DNA of 64,000 bases, taken from positions 1 through 64,000 of the forward strand of contig CAJINV010000015.1 of NCBI GenBank assembly GCA_905178155.1. Reading direction: 5' to 3'. A program made the position numbers and the translations under genes. This DNA is from Amoebophrya sp. A120 (lineage: Eukaryota; Protista; Dinoflagellata). Below are positions 24,377-37,987 of the stretch, one piece after another. Positions within the stretch are counted from its first letter, which is position 1. Each line of letters starts with the position of its first letter. The notes under the pieces are model-generated. The model had not been told where the DNA came from, ran no database searches, and worked only from the letters and a program-made list of their open reading frames with translations.

Positions 24377-27300
24377 CTACTTTTTCTTCTTCCCGAGCGA
24401 TTTCATGACGGGTGTCTTCTTCATCGGTTGCGCAGCTGCTTTGCCTTTCATCGCGGTTTTCATCGCCGCTGCCTTTCCCCCCGTTCCTGCCGTGTTGCCT
24501 TTCCCGCCCTTTGCGCCCGCTTTCGCTTTCGCAGCCGCCACTTTCGCTTTAGGCTTGGCTTTCGCTACTTTCGGCGTCGCGGCAGTAGTTGTACTTTTTG
24601 CCGACTTCATCGCTGCTTTCGCAGGGGCTGGGGCTGCCTTCATAGCGGACTTCTTCGCGGAAGGTTGCGTGCCGGTTTTCTTCGCAGACGACTTCTTCGA
24701 GTCCGACGGCTTTGAGCCTGCTGCAGCTTTGGTATTCATTTTCGCAGCTGTCGAGGAAGAAGACGATGCAGCTGCAGTCGTGGCGGTTTTCTTCATTGCA
24801 GCCACAATGGACGACGATGATATCAACTGCAAATATGTCTGGGTCTGGGAGATTGCGAGGTTTGTCATGCTAGTCGGGCATGGCTCTCAAGTCTGTCATG
24901 CACGCCACCCAAAAGCCACACTTCTCTGTCATGCAGAAACGCAGTTTGTCATGCAGATAGACAAGACTATAGCAACTCCAAAACTTCTCATGCTTGGCTG
25001 TCAATGAAGGCGTCCACATGATTCGCCAAACAGCATCACAAATTTCCAGACCCAGCCATATTTGCATTTGATAAATGAAGATTGTGCACCATTCGCAGAA
25101 CTACTACTGCCACCATTTTCTTTCTTTGCTCCCGACGATTTGGCGGCTGGTTGTTGTTTCATCGCGGCAGCAGAAGCCTTCATTGCTTTTCCTGCTCCTT
25201 CCTGCTTCATCGAAGTCGTAGAAGAAGAAGCCCCGCTGGACTTGTTGTTCGCAGCTGGTGTTTCTGCAGTCTGTTTCATGGCTTTGGAGGACGAGGATTT
25301 CATGGCGGTCGTTGCTCCTTGCGGCTCTTTATTTTCCTCTATCAGTTCCTGCTCAAAATCCTCTACTTTGACGGCGCCTTTCGTCCCGGTCTTTGATTTA
25401 CCACCCCCCGCAGAAGAAGTGGCTTTTTTCATCGCAGGAGCTACTTTCATCTTTGGCGCAGGCTTGGTCGGACCTTGGTCCGGCTCGATGTTGTCTTGCT
25501 GGTCGAGGGAAATCCCGCTAGTATAGTCCAGATCTCCTTGCGCCGGTTCTTCTTCCGTCACAGTGGCCTTCTTCGAACTAGCACTACTCTTCGTGGTTCC
25601 GCTTTTCTTCATCGATACCGTCGTCCCACCAGCTCCAGTTTTCGCCCTTTTCAAGTTCTTCGCGCCTTCTATCAAATGCAAAAGTGTCTGGGTCTGGAAG
25701 AATGCAAGATTTGTCATGCATATTTCTCATGACCCATGATGCCCGTAATGCTTGGCCTAGCATCGCAGACTTTTAGAGGGCTTCCTGATGTACCTTCCGC
25801 ATGAGAAATGCCCCGTCCGTGTAGCAAAAACCGCACCCCTCTTGCTGGTCATGCAATACAAACTGATGTAGAGTCGCAAAAACAGCATGACAAGTTGCAA
25901 TCTTCCAGACCCAGACATTTTTACAATCCATACCTTCCATCTTCGCGCCACACTGCTCCATCGCGTCTCTCTTGTTGTTCTTTTCCAAGGTCGGGATGCT
26001 CTGCTCCGGCTGGACAGCGGCAGGTGGTTGTAGTAGGGGAGCATCGACTGCCGTGCCGGACGATGCTGGAAGGAGTTGATGTGCCGCAGCTACCTTGTTT
26101 TCCACCTGATCATTAATTCCCTTGGATCCTACTTTTCTTTCTTTTGCAGATTCTTGTGAAGGTGCTTGTTTCTCCTGTGAAAAGTCCTCCACGTCCATCG
26201 CGTCCGGATCATCCTCTGCTTCCTGCACGTCTTCTCCTACAGGACGGTCCTCTTCCACCTCAACATCTGCGACCTGCATCTCTACGTCACCGACGATTTT
26301 TTCTTCCTTTGTTTCTTCTTTTCCGCCGCTGGACACTACAGGCGGGTGTACTAGAGAAACGTCTTTCACAGTCGCACCAGGTGCCGGCTCCAGTATGACG
26401 AGCTGGTCTTGCTGCAGCGCTGGCTTCGCGGTCGGACCAACTTGTTCCTCCAGTGCGGTTGTATTTTTTTTATGTACTTTTTGCCTAACAACTCCTTCGC
26501 TGTTGTTCGCAGCGTCCGCTAGTTCTGCCGCAGCTACACTCGCTCCAGCGACAATACTCCCAGTTTCGGCAACTCCAGCTCCCGCTTCCTCGGTACTCGA
26601 TAGTACGCCCTGCGCCGCTTTCTGGAGGACTTGCCGCTCCTCAAAGCGAACCATCGGCGCGTCTTCGAGTGGTGTGCCTGGGATGTCGAAAACATCTTCG
26701 ACCTGCGTGGTTTTGTCCCTTTCTCCTGCGTCCGGTGGCGATACTAGAGGATGTGCTGCGGTGGGACCAGGAGGCGGAAATGCCGTACTCGGTATTTGCG
26801 TCCTCTCCGCGTTTGATTCCCCTTCTTGTTTTTCCTTCGCCGCATCAGTGTCTACATCCATGAGTTCGTCATTCGGGTCTTTATCTGCCGCCAATGTTGT
26901 TTCTGCTGTGGGAAGATCAATGTTTTGGCCGGAAGATGAAGATGAACTACTCGACTGCATTCGAGCCGCATCTGCACTCGCGGCCGTTGGTCCTAATAAA
27001 TTCCCCGGAACCAGGGAAATCTTCTTGCTTGCCTGAGAACTTCTAGCGTACTTGCTCCCCCGGTCGCCGTTCGATTCCAAGCCACCGAGCGACTCGTAGG
27101 CGGAGAGAAAAGAATCGCGGCGATTTCGGTCGCTCGCGCAGGGTGAACCCTCGAGGGAGTGAAACGCGGTCAAAGGCGGAAAATGAGACTTGTCGCTGAG
27201 CTCGGAGAAGACATCTGTTTGGATATTTCAAGAAGCGTAGATCTGGTGTTCATTAAAAGACAGTGCAGCCTGCCTGTTCACGCGTGATGACAAAAAAACA

Positions 27301-27920
27301 AGCGAAGTTTTCCTCCGTTCCATCGCATATTTCCAAACACCTACACCCATACCTGGACTATTCTTGACCTTCTCTTGTTCTGCGAACTGATTCGCAACAA
27401 AATCTGTTCCCGCTTTCACCAGCTCTCCCAAAACCATCGCCGTTTGCTCCGATCCCGATTTGACGGCGGATTTGACCAGCGGCGCGCCCACCGTGACCGC
27501 TTGCTTGACCTGCTCGGCCCCATAGATGAGATTTTCTACCCCGACGCCGGCAGCTTTTGTCGTCAGGGTCTTCGCCTGCAGCAGACCCTCCATCGCTTTT
27601 TCCTGCAACAAGTGCTTGATCTGCGACTTATTCTCCTTGTCTTCGTCGGAATTATAGGTCGTGTTCTGGTCCCTGTTTTGGTAATCCGGGTCGTTGTTTT
27701 CGGAATAAAACCGCCTCGGAGGTGGCTGATACTGGGCGTTTGGATTGGTCTTGTCTTGCGGGTAAAAGTTGGAGGAGGAAGAAGACTTTTGGGTGAATTG
27801 CGGGTCTGGTGCTAATTGCTGTCCACTCGGCTGGTTGTGCGCGGCTTTTTGGTAGTGGTAGGGCTGTTTTTCGAGAAGGTTTTGTTTCATTTCATGCGAT
27901 TGTTTGCTGCGACGAAGCAT
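24377..27920 (-). CDS. Low-complexity protein with acidic middle and histone-H1-like Lys/Ala-rich 'AMK' C-terminal tail
   Basis: ORFs 27228-27947, 25773-27173, 25001-25717 and 24377-24868 join in frame across introners; tail ends KAAAMKTAMKGKAAAQPMKKTPVMKSLGKKKK*. Start codon uncertain. Confidence 0.75.
24821..25073. mobile_element. Introner, family A TIR with second internal body
   Basis: TATCAACTGCAAATATGTCTGGGTCTGG...CCAGACCCAGCCATATTTGCATTTGATA; flanks GATGA/AATGA. Confidence 0.9.
25670..25932. mobile_element. Introner family A
   Basis: Perfect TSD CCTTC; frame restored (KME-G-AKNLK). Confidence 0.92.
27224..27329. mobile_element. Possible short degenerate introner (106 bp)
   Basis: TAT...ATA ends and frame restored with +5 nt, but alternative GT donors lie nearby. 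Confidence 0.4.
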
Positions 27921-28029
27921 GGAATTAAGTCTGCGGGAATTGCACACATAGGCTCAATTTGCAACGACCTTTGACGTAATAACTGCTCACGATCTAATTG
28001 CCTCTGAATACATCACCATATCAATACCT

Positions 28030-29898
28030 GCGGTTGCAGCAAGTGTTGATTTCCAGACGGCCGGTCCTTTCCCGCGCCGCCGAGCGAATTTTTCGTGTAA
28101 CCCGACCCAGGTCCACCATACGATCGGATCGCAAAGTAGCTACTACTCTCCTGCTGTTTGCTGTGGCCCCGCAAACGATCCAATGGGTTTGCTAGCTGCG
28201 AGCCCCCACTTCGAAGATGCTGACCACTCGCACCATTTCCCACTTCCCCCTGCGAGGAATTTCTGCCGGCCAGGTACGAGGGACGATCCGACGGGCCGAC
28301 ATTCAGGCGCGAGCTGGACCGATTGAAGCCGTTGTCGTACGAGCCGTTGCCACGCCCAAAGCTGACGCCGCCGAAGGAACGGTTTTGCTGCTGGCCTCCG
28401 TACATGGTATTGTAGCCGCGAACGTAGTTGCTAGAGCCCGCTCCTGCGCGACCAGAATGATTGAAACTCCCGTTGTACTGCTGCTGCGAAGCAGGACCAA
28501 GAGCACCTCCATTCTGCGACCGATAACTACCACCATGCCCGCTGCTGAAGTTGGTCCGGCCGAAGTGAAAGTTCTGGTCTCCCGGCATGGTGACGCCGCG
28601 TTGGTGCGAACTGGAGGTGAACGCGTTGTGGGGATTATAGTTCCTTGATGAACTACTTGTCGTCCCGGCTAGGTTGTACTTGGTGTTTTCCTGGATCGGC
28701 AACAGTTTCGGTTCGTACGACAGATTCTCGTTGCGCACAATTCCCTCCGCGAACTTGCGCTTCAAATTTTCCCCGTCGTGGTGCGGAATCTTCGCCACGT
28801 GGTACAACTCGCAGTTCACGTGCCGGACTCCACTTGTCGGGTCCGACGGAGCTGTTGAAGAAACGTTCTCCGACATCGTACTGCTAGTCGTGTGCTTATC
28901 CGGCAGAACGAGGAGTTCCAAGGAAAACGGGTCCTCCTTCCGGTCAATGGTTTTCACCTGGCACAGCTGCTTCTGCCGAATCACGTAGTCGTTCAGGCGG
29001 AACGCGTCGATATTGGTACTGACGTTGAGAAAGACCTCTGCGGAGGTGGCGTCGGAGGGCGGTGGAAAAGCAACAACGGGTTTTTTTGCAACGCTGCAAT
29101 TGCTCTTTCCCTCGAAGTCAACCGGCAAAATGACGAAGTGCTTGCGCCCGCCGGACTTTGAAGTATGCACGGGAAAAGCCTATGAGAGAATAGGGGGTCT
29201 TTTGTGGCCAGAGATTTAGGTCAAAACCTTCATAGCAGCCTGAGAGGTACAATTTTCATGCCTTTTTCAAATATTTCAGCATGCATTCCTACTGCAAGTG
29301 CACTTAAACAAGACCTCGACCACAAGAGGCTACCAAAATTGCTATTGTCTCGGATTTACTTGGTTGATACGAAGATGAGTATGGGGATTTGGTGCCGCCG
29401 TAGGTTTTTTTTTGCCCCTGCGCCTCTCCACCGACAGTGACAACGTCATATGGGACGACCTGTGTTTTTGGGTTCAGTATTTCATTATCTTACCAGGATC
29501 TCGTTTTTCTTTTGATTCCCTTTGAACACAAATGTGCGCTTCTGTCACGAATATGCACAATGAAGATGCAGTCGCAGTATTCATGCTATATGTGCATTTA
29601 GTTCAACTTTTCGATTCCTTACCTTTCTCGGTGCCGCGATTACGCCGTCCCTCGGCGTTTTGTTCACCACAGCGCCCAGCCGGTAGTACAGCCCGCGAGG
29701 GTCGACGACAGAAGCCAAAGACCCGTACTTCCCAGGACTGGCCTGAGAAGAGGAAGATGTCGCGGGCGTCGAGAGAAGCGCGTCACAAAGTGGAGTAGCT
29801 GTAGCCTTCTTGACGGTGACGATGTTGGTGTCCAAATACATACAGGAAACCTCACAGACCACGAGGGACTGGGCGAACTGCTGCGATTGCGGGTCCAT
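28030..29898 (-). CDS. Hypothetical protein with Gly/Ser/Asn/Arg-rich C-terminal half (possibly RNA-binding); multi-exon
   Basis: ORF 29581-29898 (donor AAG|GTAAGG near 29622) and ORF 28013-29170 (385 aa, donor CAG|GTATTG); linkage between them is not fully resolved. Confidence 0.55.
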
Positions 29899-30582
29899 CT
29901 TGAATCTCTACGGGATCGCTACCGCCGCAACCAACAATGGCACTTTTCGGTATCTCTGTCTGATAGTAACGCCTTTCTTACTCTGTGCTCACGTAGTCTA
30001 CGTGGACGAGTGCGCTCAAGATCAGTTCTTCAAGTCCAAATTGCGTCCGCCATTGCAACAACCATTCATATTCTAGCGAAGACAAAATTTCGTTGCGCGG
30101 ACAGACGGCGTGATAAAAGCATCCAAAGATAACAAAGCATGGGATACAAGGTATCGAAGCTTCTGCATGGAAGTAGAACGAAACGAATTGCAAGTGGAGC
30201 CTCGTACCAAGGTGAGCGCAACAGTGGCTGGGAAAAGAACACTTTTAGATCGCAATAAAAAAGTAGGTTTTAACTCAAAGTTTCTCCGTCGAGTAAGTAC
30301 ACAATTGCAATCAAAGCAATACTAGTGCACTCGCCTTCTTGTCTCTCTCTCTCTCTCCCTTCGTCATTCCTGTTTTTTCAGCGCCCCTCGTATTAAAACA
30401 TCAAGGAATTCCCTACGAAGCAGAACATCATGGCAGGGCAATTTCATTCGCAACACCATGATCGCGATCATTGATCCTGCACGGGAAAGGGGCGTGCGGA
30501 TGGCTGTCCCTGAGGCAGAGAACCCTCAAGAAGCGAAGAGTTTTCGACCTACCATGGTTGCGTAAAATATCCTTTATAGTTC

Positions 30583-30984
30583 CTACGGAGTGAGCGAGGG
30601 GCAGCGCTCATTAGCCCAGTCTCTGAACTTCAGTATCAAATCCCAGGCTACTATCTCCGTCGCCTTTGGTCTTCGGTTGATATTATACACTGCGAAGCCG
30701 ACAGCTCCTTCTAGGTAGTTGATCGAGCGTTCAACCACGGACAATTTGGTAAGGCGGTTACCAAAGACGTCTTTATTTTCATTTACGATACGATGGACCT
30801 CTCCGCATGCTGTTTCTTTTAGTGGTTTTGAATTATAGGCACCTTGGCCAAAAAATGGGGCTCTTTCCAGCTTTGGTTGGTCTTGGCAGTGTTGGATATT
30901 GTTTAATAACCCGTTTGCGTCTATCTCAGAACGTCTTGCAAGGTTGTCCGCAATTGTACGCTGCTCCCAATCCGTGCACACCAT
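30583..30984 (-). CDS. Hypothetical protein (133 aa ORF)
   Basis: Protein-like composition on the coding strand; no recognisable motif. Confidence 0.35.
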   Translation of the reverse strand: MVCTDWEQRTIADNLARRSEIDANGLLNNIQHCQDQPKLERAPFFGQGAYNSKPLKETACGEVHRIVNENKDVFGNRLTKLSVVERSINYLEGAVGFAVYNINRRPKATEIVAWDLILKFRDWANERCPSLTP

Positions 30985-31443
30985 CCTCTGTGGTAGTTTT
31001 TGGATGAAAAAGGTATTAATTCAGTCCAGTAAGCAGCGAGCAGATACAAAGCCTTATGAAAGACCTAGACGAGCAGATTCTATTTTTATTCAAGAGAAAT
31101 AGATGAAAGAAGGCCCAAAAACCTCATCGTTTCAACTTTTCCCGCGGTTCAATCGGTTTAGAATGAATCACCGGCTCTGCGGCCGGAGTCTGTTTATGCT
31201 TGTGGTGTGAAGTACCATATGCTGGAAGGAAAACGTAGTACCCTCCGAGCCGCTAATGCTAGTTCGTCTGAAATATAAATCAAGAAAATAACGCTGACAT
31301 ACCGTGTCCTCTTGGCTCGAAATAGGATGACGTGAAAAATCAGTGACAACTCGTGACACCAGAAAAAATCGCGCAGCGCATTTTATCCGAGAGGACTGCC
31401 GCGCTGCCCCTCTTGCTCCGCCAACAAGTGATACAATCTAATC

Positions 31444-34337
31444 TCAAACAAGGTAGCAGTGAAAATCATCTGTTTTCATGCCTGGCGGAGACCGCAGGAA
31501 AGCTGCTTTGCTTAGCTTTCTTTGTGCGAAAATGATTCTGGCGTCACGAGTGCTCGCCCAAGATTCACAGGAATAAGGGCCGCGCCACAAGTCGTATGCG
31601 GTATTTTGGACGGTGCGTCTGTGACTGCTCGACGCTTCGTCTGCCTCTAAAAGGTCTTGTTTTTCCTCTGGTTCTCTCGGACTGCGGGAGCAAACGTTTC
31701 GCACCCAGTGCCCGAACCTCCTCCAGCCCGACGGTCGCTGCGATTGGTTAGGATTCCGCTCCACAAACGTATGCAAATCAAATATGTCTAGGTCTGCAAG
31801 ACTGCAAAACGTGGTCGGTTGGTTGGTTCGTTGGATAGCGCCTGTTGCCAGTGCGGGTCCCGCCCTCCCGGCTTGTCATGCTTGTTTCGCATGAATCTGA
31901 ACTCTGTGATGCATGTGCCCCAAAAGCGCATCTTTTCTGTCATGCAAAAACGGAGTCTCTCGTGCAAAATACGCAAAACGTAGCAGCCCACAAATTCGTC
32001 GTCCGTGGCTACATACTGCCGTGCGCTCATCATTCGCAGACTAGTCTTACAACTTTCCAGGCCCAGACATATGTGCAGGGGATAAAACGTGCTGCGCGGC
32101 AACTCCGACGGCTGTTCCTGCTCCGCGACAGAACCCTTACCGATCGACTGTTCCTCACCATTATCCCTATTGGAAATCTCCATCGCCACATCCCGGTTTT
32201 CTTGTATCGCCACCTCCTTCAAGAACCTGATATGCGACAAAAAAAACGCATCACAGTCGTTTTGTTTTCATGCAAACCATCCATGAGCTGCAATCAAAAA
32301 CATTTTCGATCCTCGTTGCAACATTTTGAATCATTTTTTTCCAAACTACAGTCATTGCTTCAGAATAGCACGAGTTCTGGGCTATCTGCGATTGTGATGA
32401 CTTTACTTTCGCTGCATATTTCAAACAGGAGGAACAATAGTCCTCAAATGTCATTCGCAAAGTGAAGATGTCCTCGGTGCCGCTAACATCTTTGCTGCCG
32501 GGCGGACTCACGGCGCTCTCTTGTTCATTTTTGCCGGGCCGCGATTGTTTGTGTACTTCTTTAGCGCCATCCGTAGCTTCGCCTAATGCCGGTTTTTCCA
32601 GTGTATTTGAGGCAGGAGGAGAAGTAGAGGAGGAAGCTTGTTTTTCGTCGAGGTGTTGCATGACTTCTTGCGCGTCTTCTAAAAATTGTTTAGTTTCCAA
32701 ACCGTCGGAGGAATCCAAAGAATCCGACCCGTTGGTGTCTAGGTGCCGGAAATTCAGCACGAACTGTGGGTATAAGATGCAAAAGCGCTCCGAAAAGAAT
32801 CAAAACTGAAAAACTAGCGTGACAGTTCGCTTCTGGAAAAAAGGCACGATCTTAGTACTTTCTTCATGACATGCGGTAATTCTACTTATCTTGCGCAGGC
32901 AATCAGTGTTGATACTGCAGGAGCAGACAAGCACGCTATGGTTGGTATCATGCAGCCTCGTTTCGTACGCCGGATTTTGCATCTGATACGGCGAGCACAG
33001 GCTTCGGAATGGTGGCTAAATCCGGGTTCCGCACGATCTTGTCGACATGAAACTGATAAATTTGTTTTTTTTTTCATGATTTTTATTCCAGACACAGCGA
33101 TTGTTTCAGAAGATCACGGGTGCACAGACAACTTTGGGCTACAGTGCAATTCAGAAAAACCAAAGCATGCAGAAAAAACCCTGTCTTACTTGCATCCTGT
33201 GCTAAAAATCACCAACATTCATTCTACCTGAATTTCCTTCCACTCCGCCGGAAAATTGTGGACTATCAGTTCGGTGTCCGTGATGTACTGGGCGATTAAC
33301 AACCTCTTTCCGTTCTCGTCCACTGACGATGTCGCTAAAGCCTGACGGTTTCCAGTGTACTGCTCGAGAAACGAAAGGTCCACGGCCGACAGCGTTTCTC
33401 CGTTAGTCCCTTGTTCCGTCTGGATGGATTTACTGGGGAATTGTTTCTTTGCAAATTTTCATCGCAGTTAAAAAGCCCCCACTGCCACGTACTCACTCAA
33501 AGGAAACTTGCATAAGTAGCATGACTGGTGGTCGCAAATCAAGTTGTCATGCCAGAAGGGAAGAGCTGCGGGCTGCAGTGCTGTCTGATAGGGAAAAGCC
33601 CTGCGTTTTCATTATGACAGGCAGAAACTGCATTGACCGCGAGTGTGTGCCTTTGCCTTCTAGCAATACGAGCCGACTCGTAAAGTAAGTACACAAATCA
33701 TGCACGACAAATCTCATGTGGCTGTGAGTGTGGGGTGGGAGGATTGTGCCCCGGAATAAATTTTTCGGCTTGGTGATATCCTGGTTAGTTTGCAACTGCA
33801 GCTTATCCTGTGTAAAAACGTCCCCACCCCAGAGTCAAGATGATACGAAATCTGCAGCACAAATGTACAAGTCTTGGGAGTCGCGCATGACAGATTTCCG
33901 ATGCAGTGTAGTGCTGGCTAGCAAGGGCAGCCGCATCACAAAGACACAACCGTTTCCTGTTTACAGCATTACAAATGCCAAAACACGACTCGAAGTGGGG
34001 TGAAATGCGCATTACAAGTGTTTCAGTAGTTCCGAATCTGCATCATGACAAACCTGGGATGGGGACAGTTTTACGCAGAATAGAACTGCTCCTCCCCCTC
34101 TCGATCGTCCGTAAGGAACGCCCCGTCCTGCTGTAATACCAGCTCCTGGATTCCTTCGTCGCCTACGACCTGCACGCCGTTGCGGAGGATGACGGGAAAC
34201 GCGCATGCGGTTTTAATGGTCTTCAGGTGGTTACCCTTGCGCTGTTGTCTCCTGCGCAGGTGCTTTACCCGGATTTTTTCGCGCTTTGAAGCAGGTGCTA
34301 AGTGTAGGCGTGTGTCCTCCGCGGAGGCGTCCATCAT
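31444..34337 (-). CDS. Hypothetical multi-exon protein
   Basis: Continuous frame reconstructed across five introners (33804, 33460, 32771, 32231, 31770) and one GT-AG intron (~33053-33227). Confidence 0.65.
31770..32084. mobile_element. Introner, family A TIR with second body
   Basis: Perfect TSD AAACG; frame restored (RSTF-VERNP). Confidence 0.88.
32231..32418. mobile_element. Introner with decayed TSD
   Basis: TATGCG..CATCACAGTCG / CGATTGTGATG..GCATA; frame restored. Confidence 0.7.
32771..32988. mobile_element. Degenerate A-like introner
   Basis: TATAAGATGCAAAA...TTTTGCATCTGATA; frame restored. Confidence 0.75.
33460..33758. mobile_element. Degenerate E-like introner
   Basis: Imperfect inverted ends; flanks ATTTT/AATTT; frame restored (PKN-F-AKK). 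Confidence 0.6.
33804..34082. mobile_element. Introner family E
   Basis: Homologous over its length to 20136-20417; flanks CAGCT/GAACT. Confidence 0.88.
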
Positions 34338-34379
34338 GCTGTCACCGACGCGCAATGTCCTGTTGTTGTAAATATCGAG

Positions 34380-36330
34380 GTTCGACGCTTCCATGAAACG
34401 CAAGAAAATCATGATCACGCTATCGATAGAAGCTGTAAGTGGTGATAGACATGACACGACGCATGGGAGATCAAGAACGGACCTTGATTCCAGCTGCAGT
34501 GTCGGGTCAATCGCTTCTGCTGTTTCTGCCGTCGCCGAGCCGCAACCTTTGCCGAGGTGCATGCCGTACCCCTCGCAAGACCTTGCTCCCCTGAACCTTG
34601 AATTTTCGGGTTCAATCTAGTTGCAGCAAAGCCAGCCGGTAGATAGGAACGAAGGACGCTCGTTCCTATAGGGACGCTCGACTTCTTTGTTCATTTGTCT
34701 TTCTACTCTCGGGAGCGGACATTAGCCTTCACATCAAGAGTGGCACATTTATATGACGCCTTCATGCGATTATTAACTCCTAGCAACGATATGTCGGACT
34801 CCTGCGAATTGTTCAGAACAACACCTCAGAGTCGCAAGGCCGAATTCATTGGTGGGCCTCATGCCTCGCTTCGCGAAAAAGCAACAAATAAATGTACTAC
34901 TTCTCGTTAACCTTAACGTTATGATCGATGAAAATTTTTCCAGATTTGATGCGCAGACGCATGACGGTCACGAACTATTTGGCTGAAGTTTTTGCAACTG
35001 GAGTTTTCTTCTTTGTACTTGACGCTCCATTATTCGATGTCTGTTTCGCTTTTCTCGACGGTGGAGGTTTTACGGTGGTTTTAGCCTCCCTGCCTTTTGC
35101 ATTTTTACTCGTACTCGTGGTCTGCTGCTTGTTCAGAGTCTGTTCTTTGGCCGCGCGATTTGCTGCTTTACCTTTTTCTTTTTGTGCGGATGCGTTTTCG
35201 TCACTTGATTTTTGCCGAGCTATGCTGCTTTTGTCCAGCTTAGAATTCGCGGAGGTGGACGCTGCAGAAAACCCAAGCGCTTGCGTCACCTCGACTTGAA
35301 TGTCCGCTGGAAGAGAGGAAAATCCAGCGAGAATGGCATTGAGGTTGGCCGGCTCTTTCAGTTTGTTGTCCGCGACGTATTGTCGTAGAACCGGCGATAG
35401 CGCGCTGGCGCCCTGCATGCTCAGGAAAAATCGCGAACCATTTCCACCACACTCGGGCTTTTTCGGAATACCTGAGTGATGGTTGTCGTTGTTGAATAAT
35501 GTGGTCCAGCTGCAAGAATGCTATCTGCCGCGAACATTAGGCACGTGGCACCTGCAGCTTTTCGTTCATCACGCGCCTTACTTCGAATTCTCCGCTTTTG
35601 GCACATCATGCATATCGAAGATTCGCCGCATTTAAGACATGCCAACCCCAACAGCAACACGCGTGAAAAAGTGAGTACTGTATATGACAAAGCGAGGCTG
35701 TCCTTTCTGCAGTTTCTCCTTCGTTCGCTTGCAGGCTCCTGCGTTGCCTCGGTCTGCAATTTCAATCGACACGTCCTTCTCCACAAAGCAGTTGAGGTGT
35801 TTGGAAATCACGCAAGTTCTCCCCAACATAAAGGCTTCCATAGTCACCTTCCGGTCGCCAGTTTTTAGAGGTTCCAAGCAGTTTTGCTTTCCGAGGTGCA
35901 TGCCGTACCCCTCGCAAGACCTTGCTCCCCTGAACCTGATTTGATGTTGGGGCTTAGAAAGATAGAACTCCTATCAAAAGCAAGAAAATCACACGAGAAA
36001 CCGGAGTTGTAGTGATGGACATGACCCTTGTCGGAAATCAAAAACGGACCTTGATCGGTGCAGCGCCGAATCATTGTTCGCCCTGCATCTTCCTGGTGCT
36101 GCCAAGCAGTAATCTTCGCCGACATGCATACCGGACTTCTCGCAAGAGGTTGCCCCCCTGAACCTGATTTGATGTTGGTACTTAGAAAAATTTCCTATGT
36201 TGAAATGCATCAAATCACACCAGATACCACAGTGGTAGTGATAGACATGAACACCCTTTTCGAAAATCAAAAACGGACCTTGATGATTGCAGCGCCGAAT
36301 CCAGGTTCGCCCTTGATGTTACAACGCGTG
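34380..36330 (-). pseudogene. Frameshifted, internally duplicated Cys/His zinc-finger-like gene relic
   Basis: Three related blocks translate as GPFLI..HVYH.., with one reading HYHCGIWC..RGATSCEKSG..C. Frames break between blocks; a 47-bp near-identical segment occurs at ~34552 and ~35891. Confidence 0.45.
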
Positions 36331-37987
36331 TCGCTAAGCGAGACAAAGCTTTGTCCCCATAAACCTTGTCCAGCCCGCCGGAGGTTGTGGCGCTGATGTT
36401 GTATTTTCAGAACAACATTGATGCTCCGAAAAATCATTTTCAATTCCCCAACAACGAAACACGCCCAATGAATCAAATCAATCCAGAATAACATGCAAGA
36501 GCAACAACGAACCTGTAGAGCTGCAAGCCCGATGCTGAAGTCACTGGAGACATTGGTGCTGCTGACGCACAAAAATCCTTGTCTGACATCTGCTTCCGAC
36601 CGAGTTCCAGGGTCATGTCTTGGACACTGGGAGCCGATGCCATGCTGGCGTAATCTGGGGTGATGTCGCCCTCGCCGGCGGCTAGCATGTTTATGTGGTG
36701 CGCACTTTAATATTCTATCGCATGGCTGAGACGCTCAGTAATTGTTTTCCACTCTCTCTCTCTCTGTTTCTCTCATCTCTACCACCATAGTGTGGAAGAA
36801 TAGACGTACCTAATTGCATCACTTTCATTAAAATTTCGTGCGGGAAGAAGGAGCTTGCTCGAGAACGTGGAGAAAAATTGAAGGAGATTTTTCACTCTAT
36901 CTTTGAAATATATGACACGCGCAACACCCACGGATCGTCGAACATGGAAAAATGTACCGATGCGACGGTATTTAAGTTTCCCGCGAGAAAGGTACGCACG
37001 ACCCACCCGGCAATGAATAAAAACGAGGACTCTATTGATAGTTCAACGCCAACATCAATTCCAACATATGAATTTGAAATTCTTCTATGGTTGTCTTCGA
37101 TTCAAAAAGCCTTCGACAAGCAAAAACTTCTCGAGAAACCTAGCTCGCGCTAAACATTTCTTCGTCGTTCATTCTCGTACTCGATCTCATCTGTAATTGC
37201 AAAAATTGCAAGACAAAAACAATACGAAATTCTCTTCATGTTGGTGTTGTCTAGTAGAGTTACTGTGGCTGTTGATGTGTCTTCAGTTTATCTCGTTGTA
37301 TAGGAGACCCTAGACTCAGCCGCAAAGTAAAGAGCATTCTGCTCTTGGTAGAAATTGTAGTCGTAAAAACTGCTATATTCTCAAAATAAAATAACATCCT
37401 CAAAAGTCCGGGCGGTACTTCATACCTTTAATGAGTCATGACATCAAAAGTTTCGTTTCAGAAGAAGCAGAGTACTTTTTACATACGCTAGCTTATCAGT
37501 TTCAGATCAAATAGAGGCCAAAATAAGCTTCGAAGTTCAATCGGTCTTTACATTTTTCTTTTGTGGCTAGTCCTGCCACATAGAAAGTAGTCAGCATTAT
37601 GCGTGAGGCAGATCATCCTCACTGTTGAAATTCTAGGAACAAAGAAATAATTTGCTACCAGCGAAATACGAGTCAATCAGAGACTAGTTGCTGGTGAAGT
37701 AAAGCGATAAACACATGGTTTTCAGATAGCGAAAATAGTTAACAATAGAAGGATCAGATTCGGTTTAAGCAATCGATAATTTCAGAGAAAGTAGTCACAA
37801 AGAGATTTTGCGTGGCAATTGCATTCAAAACAAGAAGTGCTAGATGAAAAACAAAAGATCAGATAGAAAGTTCTTACGACTGCGATACTAAAGGCAGCTT
37901 CAATTTTCTGGGTTTCTTGAGACGTCAGCGTGTTCCTGAGTGTGCAGATTTAGACCAGGCACCGAGATGAAAGCTCCAAACAACCCT

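Noticed and set aside
26122-27036. Long plus-strand ORFs (also 20461-21441, 44612-45580, 11376-12272)
   Set aside because: Antisense shadows of low-complexity minus-strand exons.
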